Below are positions 10,087 through 18,208 of a stretch of 64,000 nt of DNA, one piece after another (position 1 is the first letter of the stretch; the number at the start of each line of letters is the position of its first letter). The position numbers were made by a program, and so were the translations under genes. Under the pieces are notes generated by a model. The model was given only the letters and a program-made list of their open reading frames with translations, had not been told where the DNA came from and ran no database searches. The DNA comes from an uncultured Acidobacteriota bacterium (GTDB taxonomy: Bacteria; Acidobacteriota; Vicinamibacteria; Vicinamibacterales; CAVVIG01): the NCBI GenBank assembly GCA_963780685.1, contig CAWACZ010000004.1:71879-135878 (forward strand), given 5' to 3'.

Positions 10087-10128
10087 TTGAGGATCTAAGG
10101 ATTTGAGAATTTGAGGTTGAGGATTGAG
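10087..10128 (+). repeat. AT-rich run of five TTGAG(G) motifs in the DUF1592-DUF1552 spacer
   Basis: TTGAG at 10087, 10103, 10111, 10117 and 10124 within gaatttgaggatctaaggatttgagaatttgaggttgaggattgagg. GC content is clearly below the surroundings. Confidence 0.6.
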
Positions 10129-10143
10129 GTGCTCTGTCGTTGG

Positions 10144-10177
10144 AGATTTGGCGATTTTAGATTCAAATCCCAAATCT
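10144..10177 (+). promoter_or_regulatory. imperfect 13-bp-stem hairpin 16 nt upstream of the DUF1552 start codon
   Basis: agatttgg-c-gattt [tagattc] aaatc-ccaaatct. The arms are complementary apart from one bulged c. Confidence 0.35.
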
Positions 10178-10192
10178 AGTTGAGGGCCGTCC

Positions 10193-11516
10193 ATGTTCAT
10201 CACCAAGAAGCACATTTCCCGGCGGACGTTCCTGCGCAGCGGTGTCGGCGCCACGCTGACGCTGCCCTTCCTGGAAGCGATGGTGCCGGCACAAACGCCG
10301 ATTGGGAAGACGGCGGCCAATCCCGCGCAGCGGTTCGGGTTCATCTACGTCCCTCATGGATCGATCATGAAGGACTGGACGCCGGTGCAGGAAGGCGCCG
10401 GCTTCGAGTTCTCGCCCATTCTGAAGCCTCTCGAGCGCTTCCGCGATCGGATCAACGTCGTCAGCGGGCCTTCCAATACGCGGTGAGACCGGCCATTCGC
10501 CGAGCAGGGCGATGTGGCTGAGCGGCACGTTTCCCGCCAAGGGAAGTGTGATGCGTCTCGAACACGACGATCGACCAGATGATCGCGGCGAACCTCGGCC
10601 AGAGCACGACGTTCCCGTCAATGGAGCTGGCGACCGAGGATCATTCCAGCCATCTCGGAAGCTGCGCCGGCGACTTTCTGTGCTCGTACATGAGCACGAT
10701 CTCCTGGCGGACGCCGACACAGCCGCTGCCGATGGAGATCAATCCGCGCGTCGTGTTCGAGCGCATGTTCGGCGGCGACAGCGCCTCGCGCGAAGAGCGT
10801 CTCGCCAGGCTGGAACAGAACAGCAGCATCCTCGATGCGGTGCGGGAGAGCGTCAAAGACCTGTCAGCGCGGCCTTGGGGCGCGCGACCGAGCGAAGCTT
10901 GGTGAGTACCTCGACAACGTCCGGGAAATCGAACGGCGAATCCAGCAGGCCGAAAAGCAGCGAACCGACACGCTGATCGAGACGCCGCCGGTGCCCATCG
11001 GCATGCCCGAGTCGTTGGAAGAGCACGTCAAGCTGATGTTCGACTTGATGGCGCTGGCCTACCAGGGGAACTTGACGCGCGTCGACCTCGTTCATGATGG
11101 CGCGGGAGCTGAGCACGCTCACCTATCCGCAAATCGGTGTCACCGATGGCCATCACCCGGTTTCCCACAACAACAACGTGCCAGAGCAGGTCGCCAAGAA
11201 GGCCAAGATCGACAGCTATCACCTCAGCCTGTTCGGAAACTTCCTGGACAAGCTGCAGTCGACGCCCGACGGCGACGGCTCGCTGCTCGACCACTCCATG
11301 TTTCTGTACGGCAGCGGCATGAGCAACGGCAACCAGCACACGCACGACAACTTGCCGATTCTGCTGGCCGGCGGAGCCGCAGGCCGGCTGAAGGGCGGCC
11401 GCCACATCAAGATGGCTGACTACACGCCGCTGTCGAACCTGATGATGACGTTGCTCGACGTGGCTGGGGTGCCTACGGAGAAGTTCGGCGAGAGCTGGGG
11501 ACGGGTGGATCTTTGA
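10193..11516 (+). pseudogene. DUF1552 family protein (usual partner of DUF1592), >=4 frame changes
   Basis: MFITKKHISRRTFLRSGVGATLTLPFLEAM (Tat-like). Homology then continues in track ORFs 10512 (WLSGTFPAKG), 10579 (IAANLGQSTTFPSMELATEDH...TISWRTPTQPLPMEINPRVVFERMFG), 10835 (LGARDRAKLGEYLDNVREIERRIQQAE) and 11094 (MARELSTLTYPQIGVTDGHHPVSHNN...YGSGMSNGNQHTHDNLPILLAGG), each in a different frame. Confidence 0.85.
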
Positions 11517-11523
11517 AAAGTCA

Positions 11524-11551
11524 CAAGTCTCAAGTCTGAAGTGTGAAGTAG
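11524..11551 (+). repeat. four tandem heptads (CAAGTCT CAAGTCT GAAGTGT GAAGTAG)
   Basis: Read directly from 11524..11551, just after the DUF1552 stop and abutting the palindrome at 11552. Confidence 0.6.
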
Positions 11552-11571
11552 CGCAGGCCTTTAGGCCTGCG
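11552..11571. repeat. REP-like perfect palindrome cgcaggcc-ttta-ggcctgcg (8-bp stem), solo copy of the motif that ends the 0.7-kb repeats
   Basis: 11552-11559 is the exact reverse complement of 11564-11571. The preceding gtagcgcaggcc also occurs at 5507-5519 and, as gtagcgcaggc only, at 16006-16016. No T-run follows, so it is not a classical terminator. Confidence 0.6.
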
Positions 11572-11604
11572 TTCGATGGGTGCCGAGCGCTTCTGGAATC
11601 GAAC

Positions 11605-13047
11605 ATGCGCGCGAGAAACGTGTTTGGAGCCTGCGTCGCCATTCTGATGAGTGCCGGCAGTCTTGCTGCCGCCGCCGGCGACGCTCGGCTGGTCGGCGCT
11701 GTCAAGAGCCGCGACAAAGCCGCAACGCGTTTGCTGCTGAAGCAACGCGCTGACGTGAACGCACCGGACGTCGATGGGATGACGGCGCTGCACTGGGCCG
11801 CGCACTGGAACGACCTCGAGACCGTCAAGCTGCTCATTGGTGCGGGCGCGAACGCCAAGGCCGCCAATCGCTACGGCGTGACGCCGCTTCACGAGGCTTG
11901 TACTGTCGCCAACGTCGCGATGATCGAAGCGCTGCTGAAAGCCGGAGCCGATCCGAACGCCGCCTTCGGCGAGGGCGAGACGCCGTTGATGACGGCGGCT
12001 CGAACCGGAAACGTGGAGGCAGTGAAGCTGCTGTTTGCCTTCGGCGCAAAGGTCGACGCACGCGAGGGATTCCGCGGCCAGACTGCGTTGATGTGGGCGG
12101 CCGCCGAGAACCACGCAGCAATCGTCCGGACGCTGGTCGAAGTCGGCGCGGACGTGAACGCGCGCTCCATCACCTACGAATTTCCGTCCCTGGTCGGCGG
12201 CAACGGCGGCATCATTCACGATCGACCCGAGGGAGGCCTGACGCCGCTGATGTTCGCGGCTCGACAAGGCGCCATCGAAGCTGGCCGGGTACTGCTCGAC
12301 GGTGGCGCGGATCTGAACGCCAATGAGGCTCAATACGGCTTCACGCCGATGCAAACGGCCATCTTCAACGGCCACTACGATTTCGCCACGCTGCTGATCG
12401 AGCGGGGCGCCGACGTCAACGACGGTTCGCTCTACATCGCGATCGAGATGCGCAATCTGGCGACCTACAGCAACCGGCCGAATCCGCCCGAGAAAGACCG
12501 GCTGCAGACCAGTCTGGACGTCATCCAGCTGCTGCTCGCGCGCGGCGCGGATCCGAACCGGCCTTACGTCAAGAAGATTCCGCCGCGACAGGCACAGGGC
12601 GACATCATCGTCCCGCCCGGTGCCACGCCGCTTTACAGGGCGACGAGGGCCACCGACCTGACGACGATCCGTCTCTTACTGGAAAAAGGGGCGACGCCGT
12701 CCGTGGCGACGAAGGATGGGTCGACGCCGTTGATGGTCGCAGCGGGCCTCGGCGCGCGCCGGACCGGGGACGAGGAGTTCATCGAGAAGGCCGCTCGCGC
12801 CGATCCGCTCGACGCCGCCAGGATGTTCGTCGATGCTGGCGCCGACGTAAATGCGGTCAATGAAGCCGGCAACTCCGCCCTGCACTATGCCGCCCTGACG
12901 GGAGCCACGCGCATCGTCGAGTTCCTGGCCGACCGCGGCGCGAAGCTCGACGGAAAGAACAAGCAGGGAAAGACTCCCCTCGACCTGGCGCGTCAGAACA
13001 CGGCTGCTGTCATCCGGAAATTCATGGGCGCCACGGCCCAACAGTAG
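11605..13047 (+). CDS. ankyrin-repeat protein with signal peptide
   Basis: MRARNVFGACVAILMSAGSLAAAAG signal, then many G.TALHWAA / G.TPL..AA....VK.LL..GA..N ankyrin units. 480 aa, uninterrupted. Confidence 0.9.
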   Translation: MRARNVFGACVAILMSAGSLAAAAGDARLVGAVKSRDKAATRLLLKQRADVNAPDVDGMTALHWAAHWNDLETVKLLIGAGANAKAANRYGVTPLHEACTVANVAMIEALLKAGADPNAAFGEGETPLMTAARTGNVEAVKLLFAFGAKVDAREGFRGQTALMWAAAENHAAIVRTLVEVGADVNARSITYEFPSLVGGNGGIIHDRPEGGLTPLMFAARQGAIEAGRVLLDGGADLNANEAQYGFTPMQTAIFNGHYDFATLLIERGADVNDGSLYIAIEMRNLATYSNRPNPPEKDRLQTSLDVIQLLLARGADPNRPYVKKIPPRQAQGDIIVPPGATPLYRATRATDLTTIRLLLEKGATPSVATKDGSTPLMVAAGLGARRTGDEEFIEKAARADPLDAARMFVDAGADVNAVNEAGNSALHYAALTGATRIVEFLADRGAKLDGKNKQGKTPLDLARQNTAAVIRKFMGATAQQ

Positions 13048-13085
13048 CGCCGTCCCATCGCGCGTGCCTCGTATAATCCACGCGC

Positions 13086-13106
13086 CCATCCGGCCCTGCC
13101 GGATGG
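13086..13106 (+). terminator. GC-rich hairpin (8-bp stem, 5-nt loop) followed by TTCTCT, 40 nt after the ankyrin stop
   Basis: ccatccgg-ccctg-ccggatgg, then ttctct. Lies 7 nt before the next ATG, so it could instead act on that gene. Confidence 0.35.
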
Positions 13107-13112
13107 TTCTCT

Positions 13113-13970
13113 ATGAATCGTATCCTCGTCATCGGCGGCACCGGGAACGTCGGTCGCCAGGTTGTCTATCAACTGGCGGCAACGGGAGCGCGGTTCCGCG
13201 CCATGACCCGCAACCCGGATGCGGCCGGCTTGCCGCCACAGGTCGAGGTGGTGCGAGGGGATCTCACGGTTCCCGAGACCCTGGATCGCTGCCTGCAAGA
13301 TATTGATACGGTTTTCCTGGTGTGGGTGGCGCCGCCGGCCGCTGTGGCGGGCGCGCTGGAGCGAATCGCGAAGCACGCACGGCGCATCGTGTTCCTCACG
13401 GCTCCTCTCAAAACGCCGCACCCGTTCTTCCAGCAGCCCAATCCTTCCAGAGACGTGGCCGAACGCATCGAGCGGCTGATCGAAACGTCAGGAGTGGAGT
13501 GGACGTTCCTGCGGGCCGGCATGTTCGCAGGAAACGCCAGGCATTTCTGGGGGCCGCACATTCGCGCCGGCGACGTCGTGCGCTGGCCGTACCTCGACGC
13601 TCCAACGGCCCCGACCGATGAGCGAGACCTGGCCGCGGTCGCGGTCCGCACGTTGTGCGAAGAGGGGCACGCCGGCGCGGAGTATGTTCTGACCGGGCCG
13701 CAATCGCTGACGCAGGCCGAGCAGGTGCACACCATCGGATGCGCGATCGGGCGGTCACTGCGCGTGGAAGAGATGTCGCCAGACGAGGCGCGGTCTGAGT
13801 TGCTCCCGGTCCTGGGTTCGTCGACCTTGGTGAATACGCTGCTCAACGCTTGGGCTGCCGCCATCGGTCAACCGGCGTTTGTGACATCCACGTATGCGGA
13901 GCTTACAGGAGCACCGCCACGGACCTTCCTCGAATGGGCCACCGACCACGCCGCGGAGTTCCGGGCATAG
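13113..13970 (+). CDS. NAD(P)H-binding NmrA-like/atypical SDR family protein
   Basis: MNRILVIGGTGNVGRQVVYQLAATG Rossmann GxxGxxG start; 285 aa intact. Confidence 0.85.
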   Translation: MNRILVIGGTGNVGRQVVYQLAATGARFRAMTRNPDAAGLPPQVEVVRGDLTVPETLDRCLQDIDTVFLVWVAPPAAVAGALERIAKHARRIVFLTAPLKTPHPFFQQPNPSRDVAERIERLIETSGVEWTFLRAGMFAGNARHFWGPHIRAGDVVRWPYLDAPTAPTDERDLAAVAVRTLCEEGHAGAEYVLTGPQSLTQAEQVHTIGCAIGRSLRVEEMSPDEARSELLPVLGSSTLVNTLLNAWAAAIGQPAFVTSTYAELTGAPPRTFLEWATDHAAEFRA

Positions 13971-14011
13971 ATGGCGACTCGCAAGAGCAGGGGCGCGGTT
14001 CATCGAGCCCG

Positions 14012-15034
14012 TCAGCGCCAGCCGAGCTCCGGGGCGACAAACTTGAGGACGCTGTTGATGGCGTGGGCGTTGTAGTCCACGCCCAACTGGTTCGGGACGG
14101 TCAGGAGCAGGGTGTCAGCGGCGGCGATGGCCTCGTCCGTGGCGAGTTGCTTGACCAGCATGCCGGGTTCGGCGGCGTATGAGCGGCCGAAGATGGCGCG
14201 CGTGTTGGCGTCGATGTAGCCGATCTGATCCTGGTCGCGAGCGTCGTGACCGAAGTAGGCCCGGTCGCGCTCGTCGACGAGCGCGAAGATGCTGCGGCTC
14301 ACCGAGATCCGCGGCTCACGCTGGTGCCCGGCCTCCTTCCATGCTTCCCGGTACGCTTCGATCTGCTTGCGCTGCTGAACGTGCAGCGGCTCGCCGCTCT
14401 CGTCGTCCTTCAGGGTCGAGCTCTGGAGGTTCATTCCCAGCTTCGCGGCCCACGTGGACGTGGCGTTTGAGCTGGAGCCCCACCAGATCCGGTCGCGCAG
14501 CCCTTCCGAGTATGGCTCGACGCGCAGCAGGCCTGGCGGATTGGGAAACATCGGCCGCGGGTTGGGTTGAGCGAACCCTTGCCCCTTCAGCACCTCGAGA
14601 AAGACCTCAGCGTGGCGGCGCGCCATGTCGGCAGCGGTCTCGCCGTCATGGGGCGCATAGCCGAAGTAGCGCCAGCCGTCGATCACCTGCTCGGGCGACC
14701 CTCGGCTGATGCCCAGTTGGAGGCGGCCACCCGCGATGACGTCCGCCGCTCCCGCGTCCTCGACCATGTACAGCGGGTTCTCGTAGCGCATATCGATGAC
14801 GGCCGTCCCGATCTCTATCCTGCTGGTGCGCGCGCCGATGGCCGCGAGGAGCGGGAACGGCGAGCCGAGCTGGCTGGCGAAGTGGTGCACGCGGAAGTAG
14901 GCGCCGTCGGCGCCGAGCTCCTCCGCGGCCACGGCCAGCTCGATCGACTGGAGCAGCGAGTCCGCCGCCGTGCGCACCTGTGAGTGGGGCGACGGCGTCC
15001 AGTGCCCGAACGACAGGAACCCAATCCTCTTCAC
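14012..15034 (-). CDS. LLM-class (luciferase-like) flavin-dependent oxidoreductase
   Basis: [14 protein letters not shown]...[15 protein letters not shown]...[13 protein letters not shown] typical of the LLM family. GTG at 15034 sits ~9 nt after GGAAGGAGGA; the longer track ORF (to 15142) is an upstream extension. Confidence 0.85.
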   Translation of the reverse strand: MKRIGFLSFGHWTPSPHSQVRTAADSLLQSIELAVAAEELGADGAYFRVHHFASQLGSPFPLLAAIGARTSRIEIGTAVIDMRYENPLYMVEDAGAADVIAGGRLQLGISRGSPEQVIDGWRYFGYAPHDGETAADMARRHAEVFLEVLKGQGFAQPNPRPMFPNPPGLLRVEPYSEGLRDRIWWGSSSNATSTWAAKLGMNLQSSTLKDDESGEPLHVQQRKQIEAYREAWKEAGHQREPRISVSRSIFALVDERDRAYFGHDARDQDQIGYIDANTRAIFGRSYAAEPGMLVKQLATDEAIAAADTLLLTVPNQLGVDYNAHAINSVLKFVAPELGWR

Positions 15035-15098
15035 CTGCACATCCTCCTTCCGGACCCGAAGAGTTACGACGGCATCTCCTATAATTGCGCCGTTTGGT

Positions 15099-15359
15099 AT
15101 GGCCTTGATGGCTGGCTCCCGGCTCGGCCCATACGAGATCATCGCTCCGCTCGGCGCGGGTGGGATGGGTGAAGTCTATCGCGCGCTCGATACCGACCTT
15201 GGGCGGCAGGTCGCCATCAAGATCCTGCCTGACACCTTTGCCCAGGACCGAGCGGTGACCTCGCGCGAACGCGTCTTGCGTCAATGCAAGTTGGCCCATC
15301 GCATACTGCACGCGGCGAGGTTCGCGTGTACGTGTAGCATCGGTCGGATAAGGAAATGA
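15099..15359 (+). pseudogene. Ser/Thr protein kinase remnant (N-lobe only)
   Basis: [50 protein letters not shown] (Gly-rich loop and VAIK lysine). Similarity then decays and the ORF stops; no catalytic HRD or DFG region follows. Confidence 0.6.
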
Positions 15360-15404
15360 CTAGTCGCGAAGTGTTTTGAAATCCGTCCGATGGCACCACC
15401 CGAC

Positions 15405-15987
15405 GAGTGCCGATTGGGGGTTTTTAGGGGCTCTTAGGCTTCGCCTCGATGTAGCGGCTGTAGTGTGTGTGCGCGATGCGAGCGGTGTGAGCTGGGGGTG
15501 GGGTGTAGGAAAGGCGTTGGTGGTGTGTGGGGGGTTGTAGGAGTGTGTAAGAGTGCTGGGCAAGTTCGGTCGGGGTGAGTCGCGGGAGGGCGAGGCGTGG
15601 TTAGCGTTTTTGCAGCGGTGGGCGCTGATAAACGGCGCGTGGGCGAGCTTGCAGGCTGAGCGTGCTGGGATGGGGGAACAGTAGAGCGGAGGGTGTGGCT
15701 GGCGCAAGGGCTGTGAAGTGACGTACGCGTAGGAAAACCGCGCGCAGTGAGTTAGTTGCGGCGGTTTACGATGTACGAGGGCAGCTCCGGACGGGGCTGT
15801 TAATCTGAGCGATGCGCAGTTAGTAAGACGCTGCGCAGCGCAGAGTGAACGGAGCGCGGGTTTTGGGTGACGATGACGGCGACGCGTGACTGACAACCTC
15901 CGCTGTGTGGCTTCGGCGCAAATGTGGACGCTCAGCAGCACAAGCTTTCGGCTCTTTGAATTCGAACGGCATTAGCTTTAGGGCTGC
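15405..15987 (-). repeat. non-coding repeat element, copy B (inverted relative to copy A), G-rich on the + strand
   Basis: Reverse complement of 15963..15987 (gcagccctaaagctaatgccgttcg) matches the left end of copy A. Long blocks align, e.g. gagccgaaagcttgtgctgctgagcgt, aaaacccgcgctccgttc, agccccgtccgg, aactcactgcgcgcggttttcct and cccttgcgccagc. The terminus near 15405-15450 is degenerate. Confidence 0.7.
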
Positions 15988-16146
15988 ACTGCACTGTTCG
16001 ATGTAGCGCAGGCTTCGCGTGCTCGCGTGGCAGAACCTGCGAGCTGTGGCGAGGTTTCGCGTAGCGCAAAGCGAGGAGGCGGACAGGCCTGCCCAGTGCG
16101 TCGCCTCGATGTCAGTCGTATCCGCTTCAGCAAGCGGCGGCGCGGA

Positions 16147-16693
16147 CTATCGACCCCGGGAGTGGGCACGTACCTCCGCCAGCACATCCAAGCCCGCATC
16201 AATCGCTGCCTTCGTCTCGAACCTGCCGGTGTCGCCCGACCCTCTGTGGTGATAAAAGAAAAACATGGCGTGGTTGTCGGTGACGGCTGGGTCGCTCAGT
16301 ACCTCGACCGCGTGTTGCAGCTCGTGGCCGATGGACGCCATCAGCTCCGCGCCAGGTGCCTTTCGCGCGTCGACCGCGATCCACAGGAGACGATAGGGGC
16401 CGGCGACCTTCACCGACAACATCAGACAGGCCCGCACGCTATGGTTGCATCGTCCTTCGTCGACGTACACCAGGCCATCGGTCCGGTCAATGGTGTGAAC
16501 GGAGCCGCCGAAAGGTCGCTGAACGCTCGGTGGCCTGATCGATGACGGCGCGGATGGCCGGACTGTTGGAGCGGACGCGTGGCATGCGCGGCGCCTGGGC
16601 GCTGGCCTCAAGGAGCGTCTGGACAACCCCGCAGATCACGGCGGCAAGAACAGCCTGGACGCCGGGTGGGCAGCGCGCCGGCTCGGATAGCAT
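16147..16693 (-). pseudogene. secreted HExxH-motif protein of unknown function, one frame change (~16500)
   Basis: MLSEPARCPPGVQAVLAAVICGVV...SNSPAIRAVIDQATERSATFRRL (track ORF 16487..16882) continues in ORF 16147..16626 as VHTIDRTDGLVYVDEGRCNHSVRACL...ASIGHELQHAVEVL. Confidence 0.6.
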
Positions 16694-16782
16694 GTCATGG
16701 CCTTCGCCTCGCCGGACCGGCTGGCGCCGGTCCTCACCACCCAAGGCGGAACAGAAGGTCAAGGAGGGGCAAGCGGCGTAGA

Positions 16783-17371
16783 ATGGGCCATTTCCGACCG
16801 AACTCTGAATGCGACCGAGTTGTTGCTGGCCTGGGGGCGCGGCGACGTGGCCGCGTTCGACCGGCTCGTTCCCCTGGTCCACGACGAGCTGCGCCGGCTA
16901 GCGCGGCGGTACATGCGCGACGAGCGGTCCCGGCCACACGCTGCAGGCCACGGCGCTCGTGAACGAGGCGTACATGCGCCTGATCGACGTGAACCGCGTT
17001 CAATGGCAGAACCGCGCGCACTTCTTCGCGATGTCGGCGCGGGTCATGCGGCGTATCCTCGTCGACCCCGCGCGGGCGCGAGGCAACGACAAGCGCGGCG
17101 GCGGCGTGCCGAGAGGTCTCGCTGGACGAGGCGCTCGTGCGTGTCGCACGAGCGGGGCGCAGGACCTCGTGGCGCTTGACGACGCGCTGCAGGCCGCTGG
17201 AGGTGGTCCATCCGCGGAAGAGTCAGGTGGTGGAGCTGCGGTTCTTCGGCGGGCTGACCCTCGAGGAAACAGCCGAGGCTCTCCACGTGTCGACGCGACA
17301 CGGTGAAGCGCGACTGGCGATTCGCGAAGCTGTGGCTGCTGCGCGAGCTGGCCGGAGACGCGGCACGATGA
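16783..17371 (+). pseudogene. ECF sigma factor (TIGR02999-like, kinase-associated type), ~6 frame changes
   Basis: Pieces in successive frames: (M)[47 protein letters not shown] / [59 protein letters not shown] / VSLDEALV / [11 protein letters not shown] / [34 protein letters not shown] / [22 protein letters not shown]. Stop 17369-17371 overlaps the kinase ATG (ATGA). Confidence 0.8.
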
Positions 17372-18208
17372 CGCCTGATCGGCGAGACGAGGTCGAGCGG
17401 ATCTGCCAGGCCGCGCTGGAGCACGATGCCGCCGCGCGCGCAGCATTCCTCGCCGATGCGTGTGCGGGGGACGCGGCGTTGCGCCGCGAGGTCGAGTCGC
17501 TGCTGGCGCACGAGCACACGGCCGAACGGTTCATTGAAACGCCGGCGCTCGAGGTTGCGGCAGAAGGACTGGCCGCGGTGGCCGGGCTTGTCGTCGGACG
17601 GCGCCTGGGCGTCTACGAGATTCGGTCGCTGATTGGCGCGGGCGGCATGGGAGAGGTTTATCGCGCGCGCGATCACCAACTGGGCCGCGACGTCGCCATC
17701 AAGGTCCTGCCCGACGCAGTTTGGCCGACCCCGAGCGCCTCGCCAGATTTGAGCGCGAAGCACGGCTGCTCGCGGCGCTGAACCATCCCCACATCGGGGC
17801 GATCTACGGGGTCGAGCAGGCTGACAGCGTTCCCGCACTCGTGCTCGAATTGGTGGAGGGTCCGACACTCGCCGAGCGGCTGACCAAGGGCGCCGCTTCC
17901 GATGCAGGAGGCACTGAGATCTGGCGACGCAGATCGCGGACGCGCTCGAGGCGGCCCACGAGAAAGGGCATCGTCCATCGCGACCTCAAGCCGGCGAATA
18001 TCAAGATCACGCCGGCCGGCGTCGTCAAGGTGCTCGACTTCGGGCTGGCCAAAGCCACAGCAGATGACGACGCGGGCCTTGATCTCTCCCAATCACCGAC
18101 GGGACGCCTCAGTGGCACACGCGACGGGCTGATTCTGGGGACCGCCGCCTATATGAGCCCGGAGCAGGCGCGGGGCCAGCGCGTCGACAAGCGGACGGAC
18201 ATCTGGGC
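17303..18208 (+). repeat. ~0.9-kb direct repeat, copy 1 (sigma 3-prime end + kinase N-terminus and catalytic domain)
   Basis: Hand alignment with 20502..21399. The first ~345 nt from the kinase ATGs differ by 13 substitutions. Similarity drops sharply after gacatctgggc. Confidence 0.85.

Noticed and set aside
8746-10344. 532-aa minus-strand ORF
   Set aside because: Antisense to the DUF1592-family gene; no motifs. It is a high-GC artefact.
7633-11516. Programmed ribosomal frameshifting or recoding as the explanation for the frame changes
   Set aside because: There are too many sites, shifts go in both directions, and no slippery heptamers or downstream structures are evident at the sites. 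The same phenomenon also hits an IS transposase and many unrelated families.
13072-13077. TATAAT box as promoter of the NmrA-like gene
   Set aside because: No acceptable -35 at the right spacing, and the hairpin at 13086..13106 lies between it and the ATG. Evidence is too weak to call.
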